Assembly: GCA_963745235.1 (NCBI GenBank)
Contig: CAVUXE010000011.1
Location: forward strand, 1-64,000
Direction: 5' to 3'
Length of the DNA stretch: 64,000 nt
From: an uncultured Spirochaetota bacterium
Lineage (GTDB): Bacteria > Spirochaetota > Spirochaetia > SZUA-6 > Fen-1364
Shown here piece by piece: positions 19,905 through 30,412 of this stretch. A model generated the notes under the pieces. The model made no database searches. It was given only the letters and a program-made list of their open reading frames with translations, and was not told the origin of the DNA. A program made the position numbers and the translations under genes. Numbering within the stretch: position 1 is the stretch's first letter; each line of letters begins with the position of its first letter.

Positions 19905-21920
19905 ATGCTCCGTTTGGAATCGCATACGCGTCAAGAGGAGATGGAAATGCCGGTAAAGGATCCAAAGAAGTCTCAACTTCCTTCGCCGCTCAATAAGGGG
20001 CAGCTGCATTTCTCCCTCTGGTGGGTGGTCGGCTCCATTCTCATGATCATTGCACTGAACTTCCTCCTGATCCCGAAACCCCAAATCACAACAGTGGATT
20101 TCAGCGCCTTCAAGAAGCTGATCAGTGATGGTGTGATAAAGCGTGTGGAGATGACTCCCAGCGCCTACTACGGCTTCATTCTGACCAGGGAGCAGGAGGA
20201 TGCCCTTGCGCAGCAGAAGCCGGAGGGCAAGAGTTTTGGGATAGGAAATGTCGCCCAATCGCCCCAGTCGACCGGGGCTACCCCGAAGGAGTACCAGACC
20301 ACGCCGGTGCAGGACCCCAGCTTTGTCGCGCTGATGGATTCGAAAGGTGTCGAATACTACGCTACTTTGCCTCAAAATTATCCCCTTCTGGGCTTTCTCC
20401 TGAGCTGGATTCTTCCCTTGGGTGCGATGTTCCTGGTTTGGCGACTCTTGTCCCAGCGCATGGGTGGCATGGGACGAGGCGTGATGAGCTTCGGACAGAA
20501 CAAGTCGATGCTGATCGCAGAGGGGACTACCAATGTCAGCTTTGGCGATGTGGCGGGGGCCGAGGAAGCGAAGGCCGAGCTGGTCGAGGTTGTCGATTTC
20601 CTGAAGCACCCTGCCCGGTATACGGAGATCGGAGGAAGAATCCCGAAAGGAGTGTTGCTCGTCGGCTCACCTGGTACGGGCAAGACTCTCATGGCGAGGG
20701 CAGTCGCCGGGGAAGCGGGAGTCCCTTTTTTCAAGATCAGCGGCTCGGAGTTCGTGGAAATGTTTGTGGGGGTGGGGGCAGCGCGCGTTCGCGACCTTTT
20801 CCAGCAGGCACGAGGCAAAGCGCCGTGCATCATTTTCATCGACGAGCTGGACGCCATTGGGAAAAGTCGTGCACAGTCTCTTTCCACCAATGACGAGCGC
20901 GAGCAAACGTTGAACCAGCTCCTGGTGGAAATGGACGGGTTCGATTCGCGCACAGGAGTTATTATCCTCGCTGCCACGAACCGGCCGGAGGTCCTGGATC
21001 CGGCCTTGCTGCGTCCCGGACGCTTCGATCGGCAGGTCCTCATGGATAAGCCGGACCTGAACGGCCGCGAGGCGATCCTGCGCATTCATAGCAAGAAGGT
21101 ACAGCTTGACGATTCGGTGAATCTCAGGGACGTGGCTCGCCGGACCCCGGGGTTTGTAGGGGCGGATCTCGCGAATCTGGTGAATGAGGCGGCGCTCCTT
21201 GCCGTCAGGGCCGGCAGAGCAAGGGTAACGCAGCCGGACTTTGATTCAGCCTTCGAGAGACTGGTTGCCGGGCTGGAGAAGAAGAACAGGTTGATCAACC
21301 CAAAGGAAAGGAAGATCGTGGCCTACCATGAGACAGGCCATGCTCTGGTCGCTCAGATGACCCCGGGGGCGGACTCGGTAGAGAAGATCTCCATAGTGCC
21401 CCGCGGCATCGGCGCTCTGGGTTACACCATGCAGCTGCCCACAGAGGATCGTTTCCTGATGACGGAAGGCGAGCTCAATAACCGGATCGATGTTCTGCTC
21501 GGGGGACGGGCGGCGGAGCAACTCATCTTCCACGAAGTCTCCACGGGGGCTTCGAACGACCTGGACAAAGCGGGAGACATAGCCCGCCGCATGATCACCG
21601 ACTTCGGGATGAGCGAGAAGTTCCGCAATACCTTCCTGCCCGCAAGAAGGCAAGGTCAGCTCCTTGGCGACTCCAGCGCCATGATGCTGCGTGAATACTC
21701 GGAGGCCACACAGCAATACGTGGACGAGGAATCCGCCAAGATCATAAACGGCAGGTACGACAAGGTCGTCGAGTTGCTCCGCCGCCATGAAGGCCTCCTC
21801 CACGCGATAGCGGAAAAGCTTCTCGAGGTGGAGGTATTGGAAAAAGCGCAGTTCAAAGCGATGATAGAAGAGTTCTCGGACGGGAAGTCGTCACTCGCCG
21901 GCGCCTCCGAGGCGACGTAG
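19905..21920 (+). CDS. ftsH: ATP-dependent zinc metalloprotease FtsH
   Basis: Two TM segments, [15 protein letters not shown], the SRH region (LRPGRFDR) and the HETGH zinc motif. Confidence 0.97.
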   Translation: MLRLESHTRQEEMEMPVKDPKKSQLPSPLNKGQLHFSLWWVVGSILMIIALNFLLIPKPQITTVDFSAFKKLISDGVIKRVEMTPSAYYGFILTREQEDALAQQKPEGKSFGIGNVAQSPQSTGATPKEYQTTPVQDPSFVALMDSKGVEYYATLPQNYPLLGFLLSWILPLGAMFLVWRLLSQRMGGMGRGVMSFGQNKSMLIAEGTTNVSFGDVAGAEEAKAELVEVVDFLKHPARYTEIGGRIPKGVLLVGSPGTGKTLMARAVAGEAGVPFFKISGSEFVEMFVGVGAARVRDLFQQARGKAPCIIFIDELDAIGKSRAQSLSTNDEREQTLNQLLVEMDGFDSRTGVIILAATNRPEVLDPALLRPGRFDRQVLMDKPDLNGREAILRIHSKKVQLDDSVNLRDVARRTPGFVGADLANLVNEAALLAVRAGRARVTQPDFDSAFERLVAGLEKKNRLINPKERKIVAYHETGHALVAQMTPGADSVEKISIVPRGIGALGYTMQLPTEDRFLMTEGELNNRIDVLLGGRAAEQLIFHEVSTGASNDLDKAGDIARRMITDFGMSEKFRNTFLPARRQGQLLGDSSAMMLREYSEATQQYVDEESAKIINGRYDKVVELLRRHEGLLHAIAEKLLEVEVLEKAQFKAMIEEFSDGKSSLAGASEAT

Positions 21921-21939
21921 TGCGAGGGCGATTAATCCA

Positions 21940-22440
21940 GTGCCACTTGGGCGGGTTTTCTATCCGCGCGAACTCACGAAAATCTTAGTACCTCTGGATG
22001 GATCTCAGCGTGCGGAGGCAATCCTACCGCACGTAGAGGATTTAGCTAGCCAATTCAAATCCGGGGTCTTCCTTGTTCAAGTGCTTGAACCGGTCCCAGC
22101 TACTTTGGGTTTGGCTGATCCGGTTCCTCCCGTTATTGATCAAGCGCTTATGGATCGCTTGTATCAAGATTCTCGCAGCTACCTGGAAAAAATTCAGGCC
22201 CGTTTACAAAAAAAGGGAGTAACCGCCCACGTCCGCCTGCAGGTGGGACAGGTTGTTCCGTCGATTGTGGACCTATCCGAACGTGAGAAAGTCGATCTTG
22301 TCGCTATAGCGAGTCATGGAAGAAGCGGGCTGTCACGATTCTACTATGGCAGCATCGCTGCAGGGCTACTGCATCGGATTGAACGGCCTCTTTTGATCAT
22401 TCGATCAGCATCGTCCGGGGAGAAGAACGGCACGAAATAA
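21940..22440 (+). CDS. Universal stress protein
   Basis: KILVPLDGS...DLVAIASHGRSGLSRFYYGSIA. Confidence 0.9.
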   Translation: MPLGRVFYPRELTKILVPLDGSQRAEAILPHVEDLASQFKSGVFLVQVLEPVPATLGLADPVPPVIDQALMDRLYQDSRSYLEKIQARLQKKGVTAHVRLQVGQVVPSIVDLSEREKVDLVAIASHGRSGLSRFYYGSIAAGLLHRIERPLLIIRSASSGEKNGTK

Positions 22441-22490
22441 GTCGGTATTTACAGCTATTATATGCCCAGAGAAGCGTAGGAGGAATTGAT

Positions 22491-22715
22491 ATGACGATAG
22501 TCGATAAAATCATGTCGGAGATTGAAGCTGATCCAACGATTGATGCGAAGGAGCTCAATCTAGTCATAACATCTAAAGGATTCCTGAAAAGGAGAAAAAC
22601 CCTAAATGTTTACGGGGAAGTGCAATCCACGGCTGAAAGAAGCAGAGTATTAGAAATTGTTAAAAGACGGGCAGGAAATAGCTTCGATGTGGCGGACAAG
22701 ATTGTAGTTTTATGA
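22491..22715 (+). CDS. Small BON-domain-like protein
   Basis: AGGAGG RBS; 'IEADPTIDAKELNLVI...LNVYGEVQS...VADKIVV' BON-like pattern. Confidence 0.55.
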   Translation: MTIVDKIMSEIEADPTIDAKELNLVITSKGFLKRRKTLNVYGEVQSTAERSRVLEIVKRRAGNSFDVADKIVVL

Positions 22716-22758
22716 ACGAGGTGGCCTTGGTTGCGACTCAGAGGGAGGGAAGTGATTC

Positions 22759-23547
22759 ATGAACGATGAAAAGCGTTTTCTGGCGGAGGTAGGAATACGG
22801 GACGTTCGGTTGCCTATCAAAGTACCTTCAAGAAACAATCCGGACGGCCAGCGTACCGTAGGCTCCGCCAATATTCAAGCACGCATAATGAGAGAATTCG
22901 AGCCAGCTTGGATCGATCGATTCATACAGATTCTCCATCACAGCAAGAGAGAACTGGGAATAGAGAACATGCGCTCGATCGTGCACGAATGCAAGGAAGC
23001 ATTCCAAGCTGAGTTTGTTGCCATTGAAATCGAGTACCCCGTTTTTGTCGAAAAGATGACTCCCGTCACAACTGAGCCTTGTATTGTTGAGTACCGATGT
23101 GGCTATTCTGCTGTCTTCCCCACTGTGAGAAACGCAACTACGATAATGTTTCGGATAAGAATCCCCTGTATCACGACATATCCAGTTTCAGAGACTGAAA
23201 AGAGCGGCTTTCTGGCTCAACTGAGCATCGTCACCATCCAGACTCAGTCCCCATCGGATCTCTTTCCCGAAGATCTTGTCTCAACTGTCGACGCGCATGC
23301 TTTAGCACCCATCTACTCGTTTCTCGCCGTCGAGGACCAGAAAGAGATTATTTCTAGAATCCATTCGAAAAAAAGGACGAGTCTTGTAATGATTGATGAG
23401 ATCAGGCAAGAGTTGGCACTGGACAAAAGGATCGATTTTTTCACGGTAAGCTGCTCAAACTTCGGTCTCCTCCATTCCTACAGCACTCTCATAGGTACTG
23501 AGAAGGGCTGGTCACCCTGGGACTTCGTACGCGACTCGGAACAGTAG
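22759..23547 (+). CDS. GTP cyclohydrolase FolE2-like protein with degenerate active site
   Basis: 'EVGIRDVRLPI', 'FVEKMTPVT' and 'IYSFL...DQKEI' match the FolE2 fold; the CPCS, HNQR and ESIH motifs are absent. Confidence 0.7.
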   Translation: MNDEKRFLAEVGIRDVRLPIKVPSRNNPDGQRTVGSANIQARIMREFEPAWIDRFIQILHHSKRELGIENMRSIVHECKEAFQAEFVAIEIEYPVFVEKMTPVTTEPCIVEYRCGYSAVFPTVRNATTIMFRIRIPCITTYPVSETEKSGFLAQLSIVTIQTQSPSDLFPEDLVSTVDAHALAPIYSFLAVEDQKEIISRIHSKKRTSLVMIDEIRQELALDKRIDFFTVSCSNFGLLHSYSTLIGTEKGWSPWDFVRDSEQ

Positions 23548-23640
23548 GTATTGGCGTTCACGCGAAATCGTCATTCAGGTATTCTGAAGCCCGCCTGATC
23601 AAAAAGAGCTTTCTTCATCCATCGGATGATGTTGATAATT

Positions 23641-23662
23641 GAGGCTGTCCGGCAACCTGCCG
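23641..23662 (+). mobile_element. Orphan IS1182 left end
   Basis: AATT-GAGGCTGTCCGGCAACCTGCCG, almost identical to the end at 13256. Confidence 0.75.
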
Positions 23663-23669
23663 CGATTAT

Positions 23670-24182
23670 GTCCACGTCAAGCAAAGTGAAGGTTACATCA
23701 ACTGCTATAGCGAGCCGGGCAAGGGAACGACTTTCACAATCTATCTCCCGTTGACCCTCGAGGAAGCCAGCAAACCCCTTGTAGCAGTGTCGAGCACTGC
23801 TGCCCCAAGGGGGACAGAAACAATACTCCTCGTTGACGATGAGTCAGCGATTCGAAGTGTTGCAAGGATCCCTCTGGAGCAGGCGGGGTATGTCGTCATC
23901 GAGGCATCTGGAGGAGATGAGGCCTTGGCGGCTGTATTGGCGTGCAACATCACCGTTGCACTGTTGGTGACCGATGTCGTGATGCCGCGAATGAGCGGGA
24001 ACGAGCTTGCGCGCAGGCTTCAGGAGATACTTCCAAAGGTGAGAGTACTGTATCTTTCGGGGTACACCGCGAATGTCATTTCGGATCACGGGATTCTTGA
24101 GGCTAGCGTAGACTTCCTGCAGAAGCCTTTCAGCGCTGTTGAGCTCCTTACAAGGGTGCGCGAGATACTCGAAAGGCAATAG
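23670..24182 (+). pseudogene. C-terminal fragment of a hybrid sensor kinase (HATPase end plus receiver domain)
   Basis: VKQSEGYINCYSEPGKGTTFTIYLP followed by ILLVDDE...LVTDVVMP...LQKPF; the 5' part is replaced by the IS end. Confidence 0.8.
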
Positions 24183-24520
24183 GAATTGAGAGTCCTGCAG
24201 GTAACCTTAGCTTGCTCCCCTGGATCGGGCTTTTCGTCTGCAGCGCGCTGCTTCGAGGGTAGGGGAGTGGGGGAGGGGATAAAGGGATACACTCCCTTAG
24301 CCACCGACTGCGGGTGCGGGTTGAGACGGGGCGTCAGAACCGAGCAACGCCATCTTCATATCGTCTATGATTATCTGACGGGTATTCTCATGACGGTAGA
24401 GCGGTAGTACGAAGTGGATGTTGGGATGGTGAGCGGGACAACGCCTTTGTAGTCTCAGACCGACATTTCGCCAAAACTGATGTATGCTGATCAAGGACAG
24501 CTTGGAGAGCGAAAAAGGCC

Positions 24521-25834
24521 ATGGAACGCGGGCTACCAGATGGAGTTCCTCCCCACAACGATGAGGCGGAGGTCGCTACCCTCGGTGCCATATTGATCGA
24601 CGCGGAAGCTTTCTATGCCATCGAGCACCTGATCCACGTAGAAGACTTTTACAAGGGCGCGCACCAAAAGATCTACGAGGCCATAAGCTCAATGTACCGC
24701 AGCGGTCAGTCGGTCGACTTGGTTACGCTTGCCGAAGAACTGAGAGCTCGCGGGACTCTCGAACAATGCGGGGGCGCCCCATACGTAGCACGATTGACAT
24801 CTTCGGTCCCGACGAGCGCAAATGTTGAACACTACGCGCGCATAGTCCTGGGGGCGAACATTCGTCGCATGCTTGATTCCACGTCGAAAGAGATAATTAC
24901 TCAAGCGTACGACAACTCCGCTGAAACTAGTGTCATCGTTAAGGAAGCGGAGAGAAAAATATTCGAGATCTCAGACCGTAACCAAACCGGGACCTATTTC
25001 CCTGCGAAAGAGATAGTAAAACAAACATTCGAGGCTATTGAGAAGCATTACCACTCGAAGACTGAATATACGGGGATCCCCTCGGGGTTCAGGGAGCTGG
25101 ACCAGTTAACGATGGGGTTTCAGAACTCGGAGTTTATTGTGATCGGGGCACGGCCATCAGTGGGGAAAACCGCGCTTGCTCTCACGGTTGCTGCAAATAT
25201 GGCCATTCGTGACAAGACCCCAGTGGGCTTCTTTTCCCTCGAGATGTCCAGCATGGCGATCATGCAACGACTTCTTAGCATGGAGGCGAGGCTCGACTCG
25301 CAACGTATGCGTACCGGAATGTTAAGTCCCGCGGACTTTAGCCGTATCACGGAAGCCGCCGGAAGGTTGTATGAGGCTCCACTATACATCAGCGACGTTC
25401 CTGACCTCAAGCTTATAGACTTGCGCTCGCAGGCTCGCCGAATGAAAAGCCATCATGACGTGAAGATCATTTTCATTGATTACATCACGCTGATCAGCAC
25501 GGAGAACAGGGAGTTGCCACGGCACGAACAAATTGCGGAAGTGTCGCGATCGCTGAAAGCTTTGTCTCGGGATCTGAACATTCCCGTGGTTGCACTTTCT
25601 CAGGTCCGGCGGGAAACCGAGGGGAAACGGCCGAACCTGGCTGACTTAAGGGAGTCTGGCTCCATAGAGCAAGACGCGGACGTAGTGATTTTCATCCATA
25701 CCGAGGATCTGAAAGCGGAAGTGCGTGAGGTAGCCGTGGCTAAGCAGCGAAACGGTCCGGTTGGAGAAATTTCTCTCGCGTTTCTTTCGAAGTACACAAA
25801 ATTCGAAACCCTTGAACGTGGTTCGAGCCTGTGA
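24521..25834 (+). CDS. dnaB: Replicative DNA helicase DnaB
   Basis: PPHNDEAE, GARPSVGKT, FSLEM, LRESGSIEQDAD and KQRNGPVG motifs. Confidence 0.96.
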   Translation: MERGLPDGVPPHNDEAEVATLGAILIDAEAFYAIEHLIHVEDFYKGAHQKIYEAISSMYRSGQSVDLVTLAEELRARGTLEQCGGAPYVARLTSSVPTSANVEHYARIVLGANIRRMLDSTSKEIITQAYDNSAETSVIVKEAERKIFEISDRNQTGTYFPAKEIVKQTFEAIEKHYHSKTEYTGIPSGFRELDQLTMGFQNSEFIVIGARPSVGKTALALTVAANMAIRDKTPVGFFSLEMSSMAIMQRLLSMEARLDSQRMRTGMLSPADFSRITEAAGRLYEAPLYISDVPDLKLIDLRSQARRMKSHHDVKIIFIDYITLISTENRELPRHEQIAEVSRSLKALSRDLNIPVVALSQVRRETEGKRPNLADLRESGSIEQDADVVIFIHTEDLKAEVREVAVAKQRNGPVGEISLAFLSKYTKFETLERGSSL

Positions 25835-25989
25835 TCTTGTCCTCTCGAGAGCTTATCGTAATTGGGGTCGGCTCAGAAGCGTTACTACACCGAGATAGAT
25901 TTTCGTGAGAAGCTCGAAAGCCGTCTTTCAGCTCCCCTCACTATAATAGCCTTAGAGCTAGGCTTCCTTTCTCGTTTAGAGATGTGGTA

Positions 25990-27216
25990 TCAAGCGGCAC
26001 CATGGGTACCCATGCCTGCAACGGACGGCTCCATTTTCTTGACGGTGCGCGCACCGATGGCTGAGGCCAAGAGGACGACCGTACCAGCATAAAAGGCCGA
26101 TGCATACCCGAGGCCCGCGGATGAGATAGCTCCGATCATGGGTCCCACGGCAGCCCCAGCGGAGTTCATGGCCGTGTTCAAGCCGAAGATCATTCCTTGG
26201 CGGTTTCTGTCGGCACGCATGGCGATCATAGCGTTGATGGAGGGCTCCGAGCCACCAATCATGGCGCCGCCAAGTACACGTAGAACGAGGAGCTGGACGG
26301 GGTTGCGAACGAATGCCTGAGGAAGAAACACGAGAACGGCCCCGGACAGGCAGAACGCCAGGAGCCTCTCGTAGCCGATCCTGTAGCTCACTCTTCCTAG
26401 ACCCGCGGAGGAAAGCGCCGCTGCAATGGCGCTCCCCCCGAGGATTAGCCCCGTCAGGGTGGCAACTTTCGTTGCCTGCGGGGAAATGGACTGGATGAAC
26501 AGGGGCAGGATAGGCGCCACTGTGCTGGTAGCGATCTGCAGCCCCCCTGAAACGAGGACCAGGATGATGAGCCCGGGCGAGTGCGCCAGGGGAGAAAAGT
26601 CCGGGATCATCGACCTCACGAAAGATCCCGCAGGACTGGATCGGACCGATTCTTCCCTGACGAACCGCATGACGATTGCGGCCGCAGCCAGGAGGAAGAC
26701 GGCGGTGGCGAGAAATGTGACACGATACCCGAAGAGGTCTGAGAGCAGTCCGCCGAAAGCGGGACCCACGGAGACCCCGACATAGATGCCGGTCTGGAGC
26801 ATACCCAACGTGTAGCCGAGCCGCTCCCTGGGGGAAATGGTTGCTACGAGCACCGTAGCCGCCGCGACCGTGCCACTTAGGGCGCCCTGCAGCCCGCGCA
26901 GCACGAGAAGCTGCCAGGGTCGGTTGACAGCGCCCATAAGGGCGATGACCACCGCTCCGCCGATCATGGCGCGCAGGAGCATCGGGCGCTTGCCGTAGGA
27001 ATCGGCAAGCTGTCCCCAGAGAGGGGCAAAGACAAACATGCTGATTGCCGGCGCAGTGGCGCAGGCGCCCACCCAGATGTTGAGGCTGGCCGGATCCTTT
27101 ACCCCGAGATCCTGGATGAAAAACGGTATGATCGGTATCGAGGCGTTGAAACCGATGAGGGCGAGGATCTCCGCGGCGAAAATGGCGTAGAAGCTTCTCT
27201 TCCAGTTTTGCATCAA
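25990..27216 (-). CDS. MFS transporter (DHA1/MdtG-like)
   Basis: MFS motif A 'WGQLADSYGKRPMLLR'; multiple hydrophobic helices. Confidence 0.9.
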   Translation of the reverse strand: MMQNWKRSFYAIFAAEILALIGFNASIPIIPFFIQDLGVKDPASLNIWVGACATAPAISMFVFAPLWGQLADSYGKRPMLLRAMIGGAVVIALMGAVNRPWQLLVLRGLQGALSGTVAAATVLVATISPRERLGYTLGMLQTGIYVGVSVGPAFGGLLSDLFGYRVTFLATAVFLLAAAAIVMRFVREESVRSSPAGSFVRSMIPDFSPLAHSPGLIILVLVSGGLQIATSTVAPILPLFIQSISPQATKVATLTGLILGGSAIAAALSSAGLGRVSYRIGYERLLAFCLSGAVLVFLPQAFVRNPVQLLVLRVLGGAMIGGSEPSINAMIAMRADRNRQGMIFGLNTAMNSAGAAVGPMIGAISSAGLGYASAFYAGTVVLLASAIGARTVKKMEPSVAGMGTHGAA

Positions 27217-27334
27217 TCGAGTGTAGAGGAGTTGAGTGTATGCAGTCCTAAGGGTTCGCTCAAGAGGCGCGACCTTGAGGAGGTTTGTGCGGAAACGTCT
27301 CCCCGCCCTCTAGGGGTGAACGTCGCACTGGCGC

Positions 27335-27976
27335 TCAATAGCCGAGCGGCTCGCCCACCACGATGACGGTGAAATCGGAGTACAGTGGTCTGCGGTGGAG
27401 CACATGATACACGCGACAGATCCTGGTCTCTCCCTGACAGTCCTGGCATGTGCCAGCCTTCACGCAAGGATTGGGCCGTTCAAGGCGCTTGTTGTTCATC
27501 GGCGCGGCCGTTGTCTCGATGCGCTCGAAAGCCTCGTCGAGGTTGCGCACGATTTTGTTCGTGCCCACAACGACAACCGTCTTCTTCGGTCCGAAGGTGA
27601 GGGCCGCCACGCGGTTCCCGCCTCCGTCCACGTTGACGATCTCGCCCTCAAGCGTCACGGCGTTGGAGCTGGATAGGAACACATCGCAAGTAAGCTGGGC
27701 CCTGCGCAGCTCGAGCTTCCTCTCCTCGTCGATGCCCGGAGCGTTGTGATCGAGAATCTCGGCGCCGAGCGCCCGAACCTTCTCGGGCGCCCCGATAGCT
27801 TTGAGGCTCATGGAGCCGCCGAGGCCGACCTTCATGCCGGGCTTTACGAAGCCCACGATAAGCTCCAGTGCCTCCGCACCCGTGGCAACGTACTGCGCCT
27901 CGAAGCCGCTTTTCCTGAGGGCCGCGCAAGCGCTCATTCCCAAGGTCTCGTTGTGCCACATTTCCACTGCGGTCAT
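27335..27976 (-). CDS. LUD-domain (lactate utilisation-like) protein
   Basis: GGSMS, SSSNAVTLEGEIVNVDGGGNRVAA, GTNKIV and C-terminal Cys cluster. Confidence 0.85.
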   Translation of the reverse strand: MTAVEMWHNETLGMSACAALRKSGFEAQYVATGAEALELIVGFVKPGMKVGLGGSMSLKAIGAPEKVRALGAEILDHNAPGIDEERKLELRRAQLTCDVFLSSSNAVTLEGEIVNVDGGGNRVAALTFGPKKTVVVVGTNKIVRNLDEAFERIETTAAPMNNKRLERPNPCVKAGTCQDCQGETRICRVYHVLHRRPLYSDFTVIVVGEPLGY

Positions 27977-28046
27977 CCTTCACCTCCACAAAGTCTATCT
28001 GCGTGCCAAGATGGATCTTCACACCCATTTGCGAGGGGCGGTTTAA

Positions 28047-28268
28047 TTATGTGGATCCGCCGAGCCTCCGGAACTCCTCGATCTCCCAGGACGTAGCGGG
28101 GTGATACCAGCCGGTGTATTTTTGCAGGTAGGCCGCAGGCATAGTCTCCGCCTTCAGAGTTGACGCATCGATCCTGTAGCCATTGATAGAATCGCGTGAA
28201 ACGACTTTGAGAAAGTCAAAGCGCGGTTCTCTGCCCCACGATCTGTTCTTCGCATAGATGATGATCAT
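28047..28268 (-). CDS. Hypothetical protein
   Basis: 73-aa ORF with an AAAGGGGG RBS. Confidence 0.4.
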   Translation of the reverse strand: MIIIYAKNRSWGREPRFDFLKVVSRDSINGYRIDASTLKAETMPAAYLQKYTGWYHPATSWEIEEFRRLGGST

Positions 28269-28417
28269 CGAGTATCCCCCTTTCGGTGGGGCATAACGTC
28301 ATTACCTTCGCCAAGATCCTGCCCAGACTTTGGGTGCGGGTTTCCAGCGTAGATCCCGGCTGAAAAATGGGCCTCCCTCGAGGAAGGCCCACCCTAACTC
28401 TTGGACAGCGATGTTGG

Positions 28418-28987
28418 CTATTTTTTCAGAGCCGCCACCGCGTTCGCGATCATTTTCTCTCCGTCGGCAAGCTGAGCCTGGATCGTGCCTGCCTTTTGGA
28501 GAGCAGAAGCGAAATTACCGTCACCAAGATCTTTTTCCGCATCTGCGAGAACGGGCTTGGCGTCCGACAGCTGTTTCAAGAACGCATTGAAGTCGAGCTT
28601 GAGGCCTTTGATCTTCTTCGCAGCAGCCACTTTCCGCGCCGCCTCCGGCAGCGCTTTCTTCAGAGTATCGATGAGCGTGGTGGCATCGGCCTGCGCCTTC
28701 TCCTTGCCCTTGGCGGCGTCATTAACTGCACTCTCCGCAGCGGACTTGGCATCCATCGCCAAGCGCTTCACCTTATCGTAATGCTTAGCATCGAGCTCGG
28801 TCTGCATCTGGGAAAGCTTGTCCTGGGCCGTCTTCAGCGTATCGGCAGCGTACGCGACGATATCAGCGTTCTGCGCAGCAGTGGCCACGGCCGCCTTCGC
28901 GGCGTCGATGTCCGCCTGAGGTGGCTTCGCGCAGGCGCCTAGCGCCGCGATAAGGACCACCGGGATAAGTACTTTGAGATAACGCAT
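28418..28987 (-). CDS. Helical lipoprotein (DUF4398-like)
   Basis: Lipobox LGAC followed by AKPPQADIDAAKAAV; Ala/Lys-rich helices. Confidence 0.7.
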   Translation of the reverse strand: MRYLKVLIPVVLIAALGACAKPPQADIDAAKAAVATAAQNADIVAYAADTLKTAQDKLSQMQTELDAKHYDKVKRLAMDAKSAAESAVNDAAKGKEKAQADATTLIDTLKKALPEAARKVAAAKKIKGLKLDFNAFLKQLSDAKPVLADAEKDLGDGNFASALQKAGTIQAQLADGEKMIANAVAALKK

Positions 28988-29159
28988 GTTGTGAAAGCCT
29001 CCGATTTAGAGCCGCATACACGTCTGCCAGCACCCGGGCATCAACGATGCTCGTCTCCAGGGGTAAGGGGTACCGATGGCGTGAATAGTTGATGTAAAAC
29101 CATTTTTGCAAAGAAGTGTCAAGGCAAACGCGCAGTCCACATAAGGCGCTCTTCGTTCC

Positions 29160-29300
29160 ACTTGACCGGGTTGCGGCCACCGACCCGGTGGCAATCGTGC
29201 GCGTCGTAGATTCGCTGGAGAGGCGTGGCTTGATTGCCCGAAAAGACCACCCTGTCGATCGGCGGCGTTGGCCCATTGAGCTGACTCCGGGCCGGGAAGA
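29160..29300 (+). pseudogene. MarR regulator fragment
   Basis: DPVAIVRVVDSLERRGLIARKDHPVDRRRWPIELT. Confidence 0.65.
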
Positions 29301-29589
29301 TAAAAGCCGCAGAAGTGGTTTGGGTTCGCCAGGGCCTCTTGTGTCGCGTGGCGACCTTTCTGTCAGTCGAAGGTACGTGCGATTCCAAAAATGCTCGACG
29401 TACTCATCGAAGCCCACAGAGAAGCCGAATAGTATGAGATTAACGCATCGCACTTGAGAGTCAGAAGCTCAGCAACTGATAGGGGAGGGCGTAGGGTGCT
29501 TTCGAAGCAGGGGCGCAACGCATGACAGGCTCCACAGCCTCATGCACAACTCTTGCAGCGGAACCCATTGCGCTTGTATGATTCGGGTC

Positions 29590-29886
29590 ATGGATCTTTC
29601 CGGCATTGATACCAGATTTCGTTCCGACCTCGAAACCGCGATTCGATACTTGCTGTCGAAGGGCTGTTCGGAGGTCTACCTCTTTGGGTCGTTAGGAACT
29701 GGAACCGCCGGGAATGGGTCTGACATCGATATCGCCGTTCGTGGGATCCCAGCCGGGGAGTTCTTCACCGTCTACGGAGAGTTGATGACACAGCTTCGGC
29801 ACGAGGTAGATCTCGTGGACTTGGACCTGCAGGCGGACTTTGGACGAGTTCTTGCGGAGACTGGCAGTCTGAGACGAGTGGCGTAG
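29590..29886 (+). CDS. Minimal nucleotidyltransferase (MNT) antitoxin
   Basis: VYLFGS...SDIDIAV...VDLVDL. Confidence 0.88.
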   Translation: MDLSGIDTRFRSDLETAIRYLLSKGCSEVYLFGSLGTGTAGNGSDIDIAVRGIPAGEFFTVYGELMTQLRHEVDLVDLDLQADFGRVLAETGSLRRVA

Positions 29887-29888
29887 CC

Positions 29889-30323
29889 ATGAGCAAGGCC
29901 TCACTCATAGAACATGAACTGAGGAGTCTCCAGAAGGAGCTTGAGGTGCTCTCGCTCGTGATTTCAAAACGAAGTCAAGTTCCGCTGGATGAAATCGAGG
30001 TAAGGGGCGCCGCCCTGTCGTTGGCTTCACTGTATAACGGAATGGAAAAGGTTCTGACGCAAATTCTCTCAGACCGCAGCGAAACCTTAGGCGAGAGCCC
30101 CAACTGGCATGCTGAACTCCTTCAAAGGTCGCATTCACTCGGAGTAGTCACTGCCAAGACAGTGCAGGACTTGAAGGGTTTTCTGAGTTTTCGGCATTTC
30201 GTTCGTCACGCGTACAGCTTCGAAATAGACACCAAAGCAATTGATGCCATACTAGACGCTGCACCCGATGTGCTGAAGCGTTTCATCACAGAAGTGCGGG
30301 CCTTTCTCGGTTACGAGGGATAG
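29889..30323 (+). CDS. HEPN RNase toxin (HepT-like)
   Basis: FRHFVRHAY (Rx4HxY) motif; directly follows the MNT gene. Confidence 0.88.
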   Translation: MSKASLIEHELRSLQKELEVLSLVISKRSQVPLDEIEVRGAALSLASLYNGMEKVLTQILSDRSETLGESPNWHAELLQRSHSLGVVTAKTVQDLKGFLSFRHFVRHAYSFEIDTKAIDAILDAAPDVLKRFITEVRAFLGYEG

Positions 30324-30385
30324 CTGCCAATCCTTGACAATCGGGCATCTACCAAGTTGAAGTGAAGTCTGACCACTCCCTGGCA

Positions 30386-30412
30386 TGTTGGACAATGAGA
30401 GCTTATATAACA
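30386..30412. promoter_or_regulatory. Putative recombinase site C
   Basis: TGTTGGACAA-TGAGAGC-TTATATAACA; 19 bp identical to site B and followed by the shared TTAGGATCG. Confidence 0.65.
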
